This document shows, piece by piece, positions 37,061 through 50,601 of a stretch of 64,000 nt of DNA. Positions within the stretch are counted from its first letter, which is position 1; every line of letters starts with the position of its first letter. Origin of the DNA: Lama glama (Eukaryota); assembly GCA_028534125.1 (NCBI GenBank), contig CM052817.1, forward strand, positions 61,258,001 through 61,322,000. Reading direction: 5' to 3'. The notes beneath the pieces are model-generated. The model was given only the letters and a program-made list of their open reading frames with translations, had not been told where the DNA came from and did not search any database. A program made the translations under genes and the position numbers.

Positions 37061-40000
37061 TTCACAAAGTTTTGGTTTACAACCATTCTGCACAGAGAGA
37101 AGATTCTTCAGGATAAAGAAGTATAGTGGACCATTCCCTACAACTTTAGAACTTCTTATTACTTGGTTGTTTAATTTGATTGATAAACTTGAAATTTAAA
37201 GGTTGATATAAATAGTCTTAAATATTATTTTTTCCTAAAGCTGCAGATACACAAAATTAAATTTAAAAATGCAAATTCACTGGACAATGTAAGTCAATCT
37301 TACCAAACATTTCTTATCATTTTTCTGTTAGTCATTTCCTCTGAGATTTGTTTTTCTCTGTGTCTAACGTTTCTAAACTCATCCTCTGATGAAAGCTTTG
37401 CTCTGGGTAATAGCTGAGACCAAAGTACCTAATATTTCTCTCCATTTAAACATTACCTTAATTTTTTTTGTATTCTTTACCAACATTTGTCAGGTTGTTC
37501 AAATAGCAATTTGCATATTCACATATTGATTCTCTAATAGAAATAGTTGGGCGGAGCCATCACTCAGGAGAGTTGGGCTGAGGTTGTGGGTGGAGAATTG
37601 TGTGGGATGGGCTGGGGTCGAGGTATGAATTTGTAGGAAGATCTGGATAGAAAAACCTTCCATCATGTCTTTAGTCCAGCTGCCATACCCAGCATTTTTA
37701 GGCAGGTTAAATAAAATAAAAAGTCTATCACAAACAATAAACAGTCGGGAAAATCTGCACGGCAAGATGCTTTGTGATCATATACAAATGAGGGAGGGGC
37801 AGTGTTACCTGGCATAAGCAGGCGATGTTAAGGACAGGCCGAGGTCCTTGAATGTGTTCCAATCTCCATAGCCTGTTAGCAGCAATGGAAAACTGTTCTC
37901 CACCCCACCAACTACTTGCCTGACTAGGAAGACCCTCAAAGTTGTAAGCCAGGGCCAACATCCCAGGTCACTATTTACTAGAAACTTCCGGAAAACGCTC
38001 TACATCAACTATGCTCCACATATTTTCCTTCCATTCTAGTTTCATAATATTTTCTGAACAGGTTCCTGACAATGTGTTAGGTGCTAAGGTTTGCAAGTCA
38101 TGTGTAAAGTGCTGTAAAAGTCAACCTTTTCAAAGGCCTCCAATGAAACCCAGGAAGCATGTTAAAATGAATTGCCTGATAACATTTCTCTCTTTTTTTC
38201 TACTTTATCTTTCCTTTTAATCTGTTTCTCCTTCCTGTAGAGATATTTTTTAATGTTTCACAGTAAAAGCTCATTTTTCACTGCTGAAAAGAAATTCATT
38301 ATGTAGGTGGTGGTAAAATTGTTACTTTACTGGTGAATTTAATCTACTATGCCACTGTGCAAAATTTGTGACTGTTTGCCACAGATGAAATGATCACTTT
38401 AGTTCGCCCACGTATGTAATGACAACGTTCAGGCAAAAGCAAGAGGACAAAGAACTTTCTTTGATTCGTTTGGCCAGTTTTTCCTTCTCTCCCATGGTAA
38501 ATATTTTGTACATAAATCTTTGTACAATCTTTTCTATTTTAATTCCTAGAAGAGGAATTGGTTACGTGCATTTTAAATGATAATGCCCATTGCCAGACTG
38601 ACATGCAGAAAGGCTGCACAAATTTATTGTCCAGCTAATACGAGTTAATGGTAATTATTTTAGTCTTTTTTAAATCCATGGGTAAAAACAAACTCATAGT
38701 ACTTATTGTTTTGTTTTGTGATTTACTTTTTAAATCTTTTTATTGTAAAATGAAATACATATACAGAAAACCACACAAAACAAATGTGCATCTTAGTGCA
38801 TTACTATAAGGTAAACACATTTCTAACTACTAACCAGATCAAGAAACAGACCTTTACCTGTCACCCCACTGAAATTTCCCTTCAACATACTCCTTCCTCT
38901 TACGAGGAACCACTATTCTTGCTTTTTATAGTAATCCTTCCTTGCATATATTTGTAGTTTTATTATCCAACTAGTCTTGCCCATTTGAAAAAAACTGATT
39001 CTTTTAATGTTTGTTTCCATTTTATTTATTTATGTTTTATTGAGGTAGCATTGGTTTATAACATTATGTAAGTTTCATGTGTACAACATCATATTTCTGA
39101 TTTGATTCAGAATCAAGGTAATGTCGCCAACTCTACAGCCAATCCAGTAATATTATAATGCCTGTCCTAGCTGAACTCAAAGCACAAAGCATTCCTCCAA
39201 CTCAAGAAGTCATATATGAACTCTATTAATTCCATTCTATACAAATATTTGGAGACCAGATGTCATCTTGAAATAAAAGGTGTGGTTATCTAATTTGGTA
39301 AGAAAGATGGAGGCTGAATGCTTCACAGCAAACCATTTGTGTTTTCTTTTTCTCAGTTTCTTCAGATGTACCTTTAAAAAACAGAAACACTGTGATAGAA
39401 GATCTAAAAATTATTTGATGAAGTGGAATACTGATCACTTATGTGCGTAAGTGATAATACTATTTTTACACTGCGGAATTCTTACACTATTTTATATTGG
39501 ATGAAAAGATAATCCAGAGTAACTTTCTGCTCAGCAGGACTGCTTTACGTCTAGTCCCAGTAGGGCTGTTTTCCGGTGTTCCCAGGTAGAGGATTGAAAA
39601 ACAGAACAAACAAATCATACGTTTGAACAAATTTAACTTGTGTGGTGATCTCAGATACACATTCTTTTAAGGAACTATGAAGTAATCAAGTTTCTTCAAA
39701 AAGACACTTTTAGGGACTCAATTTGGGAAAAGCCAAACCTGTATATACTCTGAAACTACTCATCCATTGAGATAGTGAAAAATCCCTGGGATGGATGGTG
39801 GTGATTGTTGTACAACAATGTGAATGTACCTATGCCACAGAACTGTACACTTAAAATGGCTAAAATGGTAAATTTATGTTATGTATATATGTATTTTTTA
39901 ACCAGCTAAAAATACTTTAAAAAAAGGTTTATCCTGAATAAAACCAAATTGAAAATATTCTCTAAATTGAGTTTGAACTTTCATCATATTTGGTTTGAAT

Positions 40001-41067
40001 CTTGAGAGACTGCCATACCAGTGGTTCTTAAGTTCCTGCCAAAACCTTTCTGAGTATGTTTGGCTTGGTTTTGGAGGATAACATTTATTGGCTACATAAA
40101 ATATAACTCATGTCCTTACTGATTCCTTAAAATAAATAAATAAATACACTGTCCAAATTGAGTTCAGCTTTGAATTAAAAGTCATATCCCTAGCTCCAAG
40201 AAAATGCCTATCGCCTTTCTAGCACATGTCCAATACTTACATTTGTATTTGCGAAACAATTCCTCCAGAGATGCCACGTGACTGCTTTTAACTGAAACAT
40301 GTTGGACTTCTTTATCTGATGTCCAAGACATATAAAAAATATTTGTATGAAAAACTGGTTAATGGTTCAGTCTGTATTCAAGCCTAGTTATGTACACAGC
40401 TCAAATGATGTTCAATTCTAGTCCACTGAGATCAATGCTCAATAGAGTTGATGGTCCTATGATCCAGGAGATTATTATTAAATATCTCAAGTAGGATTCT
40501 CAAACCAACTGGCTATGTTTTTGATGTAAAGCTGACCCTACTTTTTATCTGCCAGAGACTCAGAATGTTATTTACCAAATTTTTTTCATGATAGGCCGTA
40601 AAGTATTCTGCAGTAAGTCTAGGTTAATACATTGCTGAAAATTTTGGTTTGATTTTGGCTTTATCTGAACAATTTTCTATTGTAAACAATTTAATATAAT
40701 TCCAGCTAGTTACAGGTGTTCTTTTTAGTTTAGATGTGTGTTTAAGTCTGATCATGCATAAAGTGAGTACTATCCAACTAAATTCAAAAAGGCTTGTTTC
40801 AAAAGTAATATTTCAATTTTTAGTCAGTGATAATCATTTTAAGGGTTTGTTTCCAAAAGAAAAATACCATATTCTTCTCCAGTGTATCTCATGGCATGTG
40901 TGTAATTAGTGGCATGCTATGCAGGATATTACCAGGGATGATGCTTCCAGTCAATATTTCAGTCAGTACTATCGAATGATCTGTTTGGCCTTTCATTTTG
41001 GCCTTCGTTTTGAAATACGTGGCTGCCTTTTACGGTTTGATTAAGTTATTGTCCTTTATTTCCTCTT

Positions 41068-41437
41068 TTTTTTTTAAGTGAAAGTAAGTTTATTTAGAGA
41101 TCCACACTCCATGAACTGAGTTGGGTCCATCTCACTGCAAAGGGAAAGAGACTTAGGAGATACATACTCCATAGGCAGAATGTGAGCCATCTCAAAAGGT
41201 GAGACAGAGAGAGACCGAGAGGTGTACGGGTGTTTAGTTTAAAGAAAAAGCAGTTACACACTCCATAAACAGAGTGTGGGCCGTCTCAAAAGGCGAGAGA
41301 GAAAGTGACTTTTTTGGGGGGTGGGTAATTGGGTTTATTTACTTACTTACTTATTTTAATGGAGATACTGGGAATTGAACCCAGGGCCTCATGCATGCTA
41401 AGCATGTGCTCTACCAGTGAGCTATACCTCCAACCCC
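41068..41437 (-). mobile_element. Composite retroposon: tRNA-SINE (about 41310-41437) fused to an ERV-LTR-like fragment with AATAAA and polyA
   Basis: One 10-bp TSD atttcctctt (41058-41067, 41438-41447) brackets both parts. Confidence 0.75.
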
Positions 41438-41459
41438 ATTTCCTCTTAATAATACTCAT

Positions 41460-41695
41460 AGTTTGAGAAAATTACTGGTACCAGGCATTTTATAAGCACT
41501 TTATATGAATTAATTTATTTAATCCTCACACCACCACTGTGGGTTATGTGTTAGTATTATTATTCCTGTTCGATAAGTGAGGAAAAAGAGGCTCAGAAGT
41601 TGTCCACATTCATACAGCTAATAATTGAAAGAGTTAGGATTTGAACCCAGGCAGTCTGTCTTTAAAAGTGTTACTCTTAATCCCTAAACTATAAT
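41460..41695 (-). mobile_element. MIR SINE
   Basis: atttaatcctcaca ... gataagtgaggaaaaagaggctcagaag ... ggatttgaacccaggcagtctg. Confidence 0.8.
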
Positions 41696-42499
41696 ACAGG
41701 CACATCCTGATAAATTTCTTGCCTTTATCTGGCTTCCTGTCTTGGCTTTGCCTCTTTGTACCCTATACTCATGTATTATATGACTCTTGGTTGATTTTGT
41801 TTTGTTTCTGGCCATTATAATAGTTATTTTAGTTGGTGAAAATAATATGGCAGAGGGCAGAAGGATGTTCCTGGTTCAGTTGCTTTGCTCTGAGTTAATG
41901 GCTCTTGGTCTTCTCCTTGTCAGTTGTGACTAGCAGTCAATAAGCATTGCCCAAGTGGCTTTGTCATACAGAAATCAGCTCTTGTAGAAATGCAATAGAA
42001 TAAAAGATATCACACATGTGTTTTTAAAGTATTCCCTGTGGAGATTCCATATGGAGATAAAATAGGCGAGCACAATAAAGACAAGAAAAGCTGAGGCCCA
42101 GCATCATTCATAAGTTGTCTGTGGTCAGCCTGAGAGTCGGCAGCAAGGCTGAGAGTAGAGGCTACCTCTCTGACTACCCATTTAGTGCTCTTTCCATTCT
42201 GATCTCAAGGACTCATAGTCTGACAATGGGTGCAGGGAAGTAAAAAGATAGTTACAAAATTGGGAGTGTGTTAGAGGTGAGCACATGGAAAATGGAATCC
42301 AAATGGAGACACTAGAAAATGTTTCCCAAAGGAGATGATACAGAACTTTAGAGCTGACCAGGTAAAGGAATGGGAAAAGGCCCCAAGCAGCGACAACAGC
42401 TTCTACAAAAATCCCAGATCCATGAGAGCAGAGGACCTGTTCAGAGACGGCCACTCAGGTGCCTTGGTGAGCTGGAGTGTGGGAAAGAGGAGGCTGGAT

Positions 42500-43150
42500 A
42501 CAGGCAGGAGAGAAAGTCAGTGCCTACTATGTCATACTAAAGAGTTAAAATTTTAGCCAAACTTTTTGGGATGACACTGAAGGACTTTATACAAAGAAGC
42601 ACTGTGATTAGACTTGCATTTTAAAAAGCATATTCTGGCAGGAGAGTGCGTTGGACTTGGGAGTGGGGAGAGAAGACTGTGAAGACTAAAGGCAGGGTAT
42701 AAAGAGACAAGAGGAAACTTGGAATGCAATGGAGAGAAAAAAACAGATTCTAGAAACAGTGAGGAAACAGTGATAATCTTGGAAAACACATGCAATAGGC
42801 ATCCGCTGCACAACACCAAGTCAAAAATGCAGAATGAGGAACATTCTAGGAGGGTCACATTGGTGAGGTGAGGTGACTGTGGGACATCCAAGTGGAGATA
42901 CGTAGTTGGTATATGGTTCTGTGCCTCTGATGCTCAGGAGAACAGTCAAGAGAGCTAGAAATGCAGTGATGGTCAATCATCCACTTGATAAGCATCTAGT
43001 GAGCATTTATAAAGTGCCAGATACTGTGATAGGCTCTGGAATTCAGAGCTGCATCAGATCCAGCCCATCCTTGTCTCTGAGGTCTTTATAGTTTACAGAG
43101 GAGGCAAGGGACACATGAAGAGTTAGAGAAGGAAAAAGTCGTAGGTTCTA
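42500..43150 (-). mobile_element. L2 LINE fragments
   Basis: Diverged L2 text (gattagacttgcattttaaaaagcatattctggc; gggacatccaagtggagata). Confidence 0.55.
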
Positions 43151-46100
43151 CTATGCAATTGTGTCCAAAACGGTGGGGTGGTCAGTTCTCTCTGGGAAAA
43201 GTTAATTTGATGCAGTGCTGTGACATTATATTCTCAGTGTCCTTGAAAAAAGAATTTGCATAAATGGTAAAGCACTACCTTACTCAAAATTTTCCTTTGG
43301 CATTTGATCCTAATGACTAACATGCTAATTGGTAAGTTTATCTAAACTCTGTTTCAGGAATAATAACAGTAGTTAACGTTCATTGACTGTACTACTACAT
43401 GTGAGACAATCCAGTCTTCTAAATATTTTAAATTTATTTTCTCCTTTCATCCTCCCACTGACCCCAGAAAGTTAGAACTGTTATAATAAAGAGTAAGTAA
43501 CTTACCCAAAGCCACCAATTAGGAAATGGCTGATCTAGAATTCAGGCATGGAGATGAACTCCAGATCCTGTATATCTCTTAATAGGAAAAATAAGAATAA
43601 GTGGCTTTAGAAGAGATAATAAAATGCTTTTCCATCATCAGTTGTGTATTAATGTTGACCTTTCTAACAAGAAAGACCTTTTACAAAGATATTTAACATT
43701 TTACAAAAAGTTGGTTTGCAAAATGTATCTACTGAATAGTTATTTTGGCAGAAAGAAAGATTGTAATGAAGAGGGTTGTAATTCATTAAAGGAAAGTCAT
43801 TGAGCACTTGCTCCTGTGTGTCAAGTACTGTGCTAGGCTCTAGAGATAAACACGTAAGTAAGATATGGCTTCTGCCAATATGTTAGAAGGAAATAATGAT
43901 TAAACCATTCATTTCTGGTTCCCAATAAAGAAAACCCACCCACAGATCACACAAAGAACATAACCCTCTTTCTCCATAAATTGGGGAAAATCGTACACTT
44001 ACATTACCATACTGTGTTAATACATACAATAATCACTTCATTTGGTTTCCATAATAAAGGCCATTATTAGACCCTTGAAAGCTTTTTAAAATCTTTATCA
44101 TTGATTTTCTGGGTAGTCCAGAGAGTTTTACTTTATAGCTTCATTCTTTTCTGTAATACACCCTTAGCTTTTTTGTCCTGGATCTACATGTTTGGGTGTA
44201 TATAATTGATCGAGAATCATTGACATTGTGTGCGTGTGTTTGCCCACGCAGGGGAGTAAATTATCCTCAATTTCCTTGGTTGTGTTTGCTTTTGTTCATT
44301 TTTACCCCTCCAAAATACTTAATGACTAACCAAGAATGTGACCACCCTCGTTGTTACCACATTAAACACTTACTCAAGCCAAGACCCATATCACAGGCCC
44401 CTCTTTCTTTCATCTTTAAAAAAAATCAATTCTAGAGGCATTTCCTTTTAGTTTCTTTATTTTCTCTTATCTCTCCAACTCTAACTCTTCTACCAATTAT
44501 AGCTTTTCTCCCAGAGGGAAGACAGAGGTCCTTAGCAACACACGTAGTCTCTGAACACTGCGGTGACAAAGCAGTGCCACCTTCCATCTCTCGTGGGCAG
44601 CTCCCAGGAAAAGAGCATCGTAATGTGGAAGAAGGTCCAACACTGTGATGTTGCATGTATATTTACTTACCTCACTGCGATGCTGTGTGGGCAAATACGG
44701 TAAACTTGCCTTTAATCTCCTGACTTTAATCTCCTCAAAAGAAAGAAATGGGAATAGGACATCTTGCGTATGAATGTGAAGCACACCATTATAGAAACAA
44801 ACAAAGAATTAGTCAGTTTTCTGCTAGAAGTTTCATTCTCTTAGTCTGGACCACAGACAGCACTTATCCTCTTAAAGTAAAGTTAATGTTCAATTAATTA
44901 CACTGTAGTGTGTGCTAGACTTGCTGCTGATAATTTTTTAAAGTTCTGTTTGAACAGTAGGTCAGTGGCCAAATAGTTTTCGGTCATGATTATGAAGCAC
45001 AGTTACTTTTTAAATAGAAATTACTTTGGGTGATTATTTTTGGAGGAGAGTGATGATTTTTAAAACATAGTTAAGGAAACCACCTCATTAGCATACTATA
45101 ACTGGTGAGAATTCCAATTTAACTGCCAATCAGACTTTTTAGGTTTGTTAGAAATTGCCATCAAGTTATACTTGAGAACAGAAAGAGGAAGCTGTCCTGA
45201 ACAGTAAGTGAGATCATTAGCATCTGATCTTCCTGCCTCCAGCCTTACTCCTTCAGATTCATACCTAATTTTTACAACTAGATTAATTTTTCTAAATAGC
45301 AGTATAATTATGTTACTCTTTGACTCAAAACCTTCAGTAGCTCTTTATTGTCTACAAAAGGTAAGGCAATTGATTATAGCTGTGGTCTCCAAGATTTTTT
45401 TTACAGTTAGCTATGCTTAAATAGGAAATAAAGGAAAGAAAGAAAGAACGAACGAACAGGAAGAAAGAAAGAAAAGACAGGGAAGGAATTAAAAAAGAAA
45501 GAAAACTAAGCATGTAAATATGTATTTCCTCCATATCAAATTACCTAAGTGTATTAGTACAGTTATCTAATATCTTAAAATATAATTATCTCAGCACAGA
45601 GCTTATTGCTAATCACTGTGGCTTCAGTTCATGTCTCAAATGGCCTTCCTGATTATTTGACTAATTTTATTAGACTACCTCCTCCTCTCATATCCGATTA
45701 GATTATCATTTCTTTTTACCCCCTAACACAGTTGCTGAAGAAGGGCAGGAGAAAAGGCAGCTTTGTAATTTCCCTCTGTCGGCCTGTGCTTGCATCTTAA
45801 TATTTTGTATTTATGTTTCCTTTGTGGGGATCTTTTCATAAAATTTTCATTTAGAATAGTCTAAAATCTATTATAGATCAGTTTACAGAAATAGGCAAAA
45901 GATATACAGCATGCAAAAACTTTAAGGTCAGATCTCTGATAAGAGATCCAGCCTTGACTTTTGTTTCAGGAAATCTGACAGTCTGAGGGGCAGAGAAACC
46001 CTTCCTAGTAGGACACCTCTCACAATATTGTATAAAATATTTTCCAAAAAGGATTGCTGGTTAATGCTGGCAGAGGAATTAAGGAAATTTCAGAAGCCAA

Positions 46101-46199
46101 AAACAGCAAGAGAGTGGAAGGCGATCACTGGATATGAATGGACCATCCATGTGGTAAAGAGACAAAGCTGGTGCCCTGATGTTTAGACCTGAGACCTTG

Positions 46200-47200
46200 G
46201 CATAAAATCTGGACACTTAACGGACAATATTCTCATTAGGTAACATAGGAAAAAATTAACCATCCTCACAGAGAGCTATCCCTGCCTCATTCTGTGAAGA
46301 GTGAAAAAAAGAAAGGTTCTCATAATTTCTAATCTTAAAGCTGCACTCACATGATCTTTGTACCATACCCCGCACTCTCAAATTTTTTCTTTTTTTTTTT
46401 TTTTTTTTACTTTAAACCAATTCTAGATAGTTGTGCTCTCTGGAGGAAAGAAAATTAACCTTAGTTGTCAAAGAAATTTCATAAGTAAAGTTCCAAAGAA
46501 AATCAGCTCACAATGAAAAATTAGTCAATACATATGAAAACAAGATACTATGAGTGGGAGTCAACAGAAACACCAACTATTATATTCACTCCTTTAAAAC
46601 TATCGATACTAGAATTGACAATAAAGGAGAATTAAAATAAATATGTTTAAATATACAAAATAATTCAAAGTATGATGAAAGAACAAATGATTACCAAAAT
46701 TGATTAAGAAAATTTGTGAAAAGTTTAAAAATGAATTTCAAAAAATGAGAAATATAATACTGACATTAGAAACTCAATATTTTGGCAACATAGCAGATTG
46801 GAAATGGCTGGAAAGAAGATTAGTAAACTGAGATAGTGGAGGTAAAGATATTACAAAAATGTACACAAGGATATGAAAGAAAAAGATCAGGAACGTGGAA
46901 GATAGAGGGAGAAACCCTTACACACATTTAATGGAAAATCCACATCGAGAAAATACAAAGAATAGGAGAGAGATCTTAAAGAGATAATGACTGAAAAATT
47001 TCCAGCGATGATAAAAGATAGTAAGTCTCAGGATTCAGAAGACCAATGAAACTAATGAAGAATATATTAAAAGAAAGACACTCTTTTAACACACAGTAGT
47101 GAAATTTCAAAATTCCATAGGCAAGATCTTAAAAGTAGCCAGATCAGCTTAATACACAGATCCATGGAGTTCTCAGCTGCAATAATGGAAGCCAGATGAT
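46200..47200 (+). mobile_element. Old L1 5'/ORF1 remnant
   Basis: A-rich ORF1-like text (gagataatgactgaaaaatttccagcgatgataaaagata; gatcttaaaagtagccaga). Confidence 0.6.
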
Positions 47201-47551
47201 AGTGGAATTAGATTTGGTGCTGTCAGCCAAGTAGTGTTCTGTCCTTATGCAATATTTGGAAATGTGATGGAGGGGTGTTTTCATTGTCACAATGACTGAA
47301 GTGTGACTGGCAAGTTGCTTAACTTGTCTGTGCCTCGGCTTTCTTATTATTATGGGAATAATGATATTTATTTCATAAGATTGTTGTGAAGATTACATGT
47401 GCTAAATATATACAACGCTTGACATGTAGTAAGTGCAATGAAAGTGTAACTATTATAGCACCTTGGAGCTAATGTTCTAAAATGTGAAGAAGAGTTAAAA
47501 CAGTAGAGAATTGTCTGACCCAAAGTTCTGGAAGTCCTTCATTAAAAAACA

Positions 47552-48125
47552 TTGAGAAAAAATATTTGCAAATGATGCAACTGACAAAGGTTTAATTTCC
47601 AGAATATATAAACAGCTCATACAACTTAATAACAAAAAAAAAAAAACCCAATCCAAAAATGGGCAGAAGACCTAAATAAGCAATTCTCCAATGAAGACAT
47701 ACAAATAGCCAAAAAGCATATGAAAAGATGCTCAGTAGTGCTGATTATCAGAGAAATGCAAATCAAAACTACAATGAGATATCACCTCACACCCGTCAGA
47801 ATGACCATCATCCAAAAGTCCATGAAAGACATATGCTGGAGTGGGTGTGGAGTAAGGGAACCCTCCTACACCTTTGGTGGGAATGTAGTTTGGTGCAGCA
47901 TTATGGAAAACAGTATGGAGATTCCTTAAAAAACTGAAAATAGACTTACTATATGACCCAGCAATCCCACTCCTGGGCAAATATCCAGAGGGAACTCTAA
48001 TTCAAAAAGATACATGCACCCCAATCTTCATGGCAACACTATATACAATAGCCACCTTGTCCATCGACAGATGACTGAATAAAGAAGCTGTGGTGTACTT
48101 ATACAATGGAATACTGCTCAGCCAT
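47552..48125 (+). mobile_element. L1 ORF2 C-terminal fragment
   Basis: ORF 47720-47929 [28 protein letters not shown] is the L1 ORF2 C-terminus. Confidence 0.92.
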
Positions 48126-48400
48126 GAGTGGAAGTTCTGCTGTAGGATAGCTGAGGCAGGAGGCTTCAACTAGCATTGGAGATCCTGCAGGTGGACGAGC
48201 AGCCGAGTGGTAGAACAGGAGGGTAGGTGAGGGGAGCTGTTAGAGGATGGCTTCCCTTCCCACTTTCCCCTCACTCATTTCTTGCCACAAACTGCACAAA
48301 AGTGGTACCAGGAGGATGGGTATGAAGAACCTGGGCTAGAGGAAGGGAGGGAGAGAGGGTGAAGGGAGAGGAGGAAAAGACATCTCCAGAGCAGCTGAGA

Positions 48401-48553
48401 GGGGAGGGAATAGCTCAGTGGCAGATCACATGCTTAGCACACATGAGGTCTTGGGTTCAATCCCCAGTACCTCCACTAAAATAAACGAATAAACACAATT
48501 ACCTCCCCTGCCCCCCTAAAAAAATTGGAAAAAAAAATTGGGGGAAAAAAAAA
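48401..48553 (+). mobile_element. tRNA-derived SINE (camelid type)
   Basis: ggggagggaatagctcagtggcaga ... gggttcaatccccagtacctcc with A-rich tail. Confidence 0.9.
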
Positions 48554-50601
48554 CCCAGCAGCAGCCGGAAGGAAGTCCCTCCTCAGTGTTCTATGGCAGG
48601 TCATCATGTAAAAGCACTACTTATAAATTAAGCTTAAATACTTTGTGCACTGCAATGCATGTCTTAATGCTAATACATATATTAGATGTTCTTTATTTAA
48701 GTTTTACAGTTAAAATTATTTTGAAAGTTTTAAGAAAGAATAAAAAAGAAAGGAAGAAAGGAAGAATAAACCAAGCACTTCAGTTCATATTAAATCTGTC
48801 CACATTTGAAAATCACACATGTATTTGTTTCAGTTACTGTTATTTTTCTTGTATTTCTTCAAGATTCCTTTGGAAATAAGCACTATTATAAGTGCACTTG
48901 TGTGTCCAGGGAGATACTTAGAAGCTTAGCTTCAAATATATGGCAAAATAAATACATAAGGATATTTGGAAATGATTTTTTCCAATCACAAGTATTCTAA
49001 CCAATGTTTGGGAAAGCACAAAAGAAAGTTTTATAGCTCTCTGGTGGTGCTTTAAGATGAGAAAATGTTGAAAATCACTTTTCTCCTCAGCACTTTATTT
49101 ATAACCTGTACTCCTTTCTATAAAGGAAAACATTTTTATGAGACTGCAGCTTTAACTGAAGAAATATCTATTCTTATATATCATGCTATTCAAACCATTC
49201 TATGTTCTGATTTTTTAAAGTCTTCTTAGTATCAAAGTAATCTTTATAATTTTCTTGGGAACTCTTGACAAAACACTTTTAGTACAAAGATCTTAAAACA
49301 TTTCATAGAATTATGTTTTCACAAATTTCATATTATCTCTTTCTGAAATGAAAACTTTAGATGGGGTTTATAAGCCCACGGGCTCACTACATTTCAAGAT
49401 GTGTAGAGATGGTTCCCTTACAAATCTCCCAGGAACCTCAGTTTTAGAATCTTGAATATAGACAATGTATTTCAAGACTGACCTTTGGGGAATGAGGCGT
49501 CCTTAAAGCAAGATAATACAAGAAGTTTGGAAGGAATTAGATTCAAACAATGACTTTCAATTTCTAGCTCACATGACCATAGGAGGTTTTGAAATCAAAA
49601 GTCTATTAGACACTAACTTTATTCAAAATAAACCAAATGTCTTGCAAATATATGTATTAATAATTCTCAGATTTATGTAGATGCTCTTAAAAGTAGTAAA
49701 ATGTCACTGTTGCAGAACTCACAGTGGTTCTTGCCACTCTATTCTCCATCAGTTACTTTTAGGTGAAATGTGCATTTGACCCATTACCAGAGCCCAACCA
49801 GAGGAGAAGTTGGTCTGACTGAGAGCAGAGATATCCTGGGATATCCAAACATCTCTGTTTTAATTGAAGCAAATAGTCTCTACTAGGTTTTCTCCACTTA
49901 TCAGTGAAAGTTGTTATCCTTTCCTTCTACAGAACAACACATCCTGGTAACAGCTGCAGAGGTAAGTTCTCGGTCAAGTTAGTTACAGATGGTTGGTTTC
50001 ATTGACTGGAGGCTCTGCTACCCATGGATACACTTCCCTGATGGTCATTATCTGTATGACTCAGATTCTAAATAGCCTTGCTTCAATCTCTGTCATCAGT
50101 TCTATCAACCTGTTGGGACATGCAGGTACTTCAGTTTGCACTAATGTCCTTGTCGAACGTATTTGAATTATTTGCTTGAACTGTATTTGAACACTATTGA
50201 AACGCCTGGATACAATCTTTTCTGCAAGACCAAATCTGTGTGGTCAACCACTACTCTTGGAGTGAGTTTCCCAGAATCTGTCCTGCTCTGGAAGATGGGT
50301 TTATTGCCATCCCTGGATTTACTGTCCCAACCAGTCAAGTGCCATACAGTGTCATAAAAGTTCAAGAATGGACACCAAATGGAAGTGTTATCTAAAAGAT
50401 AATACTCTTCTCCATTCAGAAAAAGAAAGCCCTTTCCTTTCTGGAGAGCTCCAAACTGTTTTGTTGTTGTTATTGTTGTTGTTGCCCTCTGCTCTAATTG
50501 AATTCAACGTTCATCTTGAATATGTTAAGCTGTGACAGGTTTTTTTTCCCCAGACAAAATGTTCATGAACCGGATTGTTTTAAATTTTCAACTATCTATA
50601 T

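Noticed and set aside
49933..49961. Plus-strand 29-bp exon-like segment with good splice signals
   Set aside because: Isolated, with no recognisable peptide or partner exons; such pseudo-exons are common.
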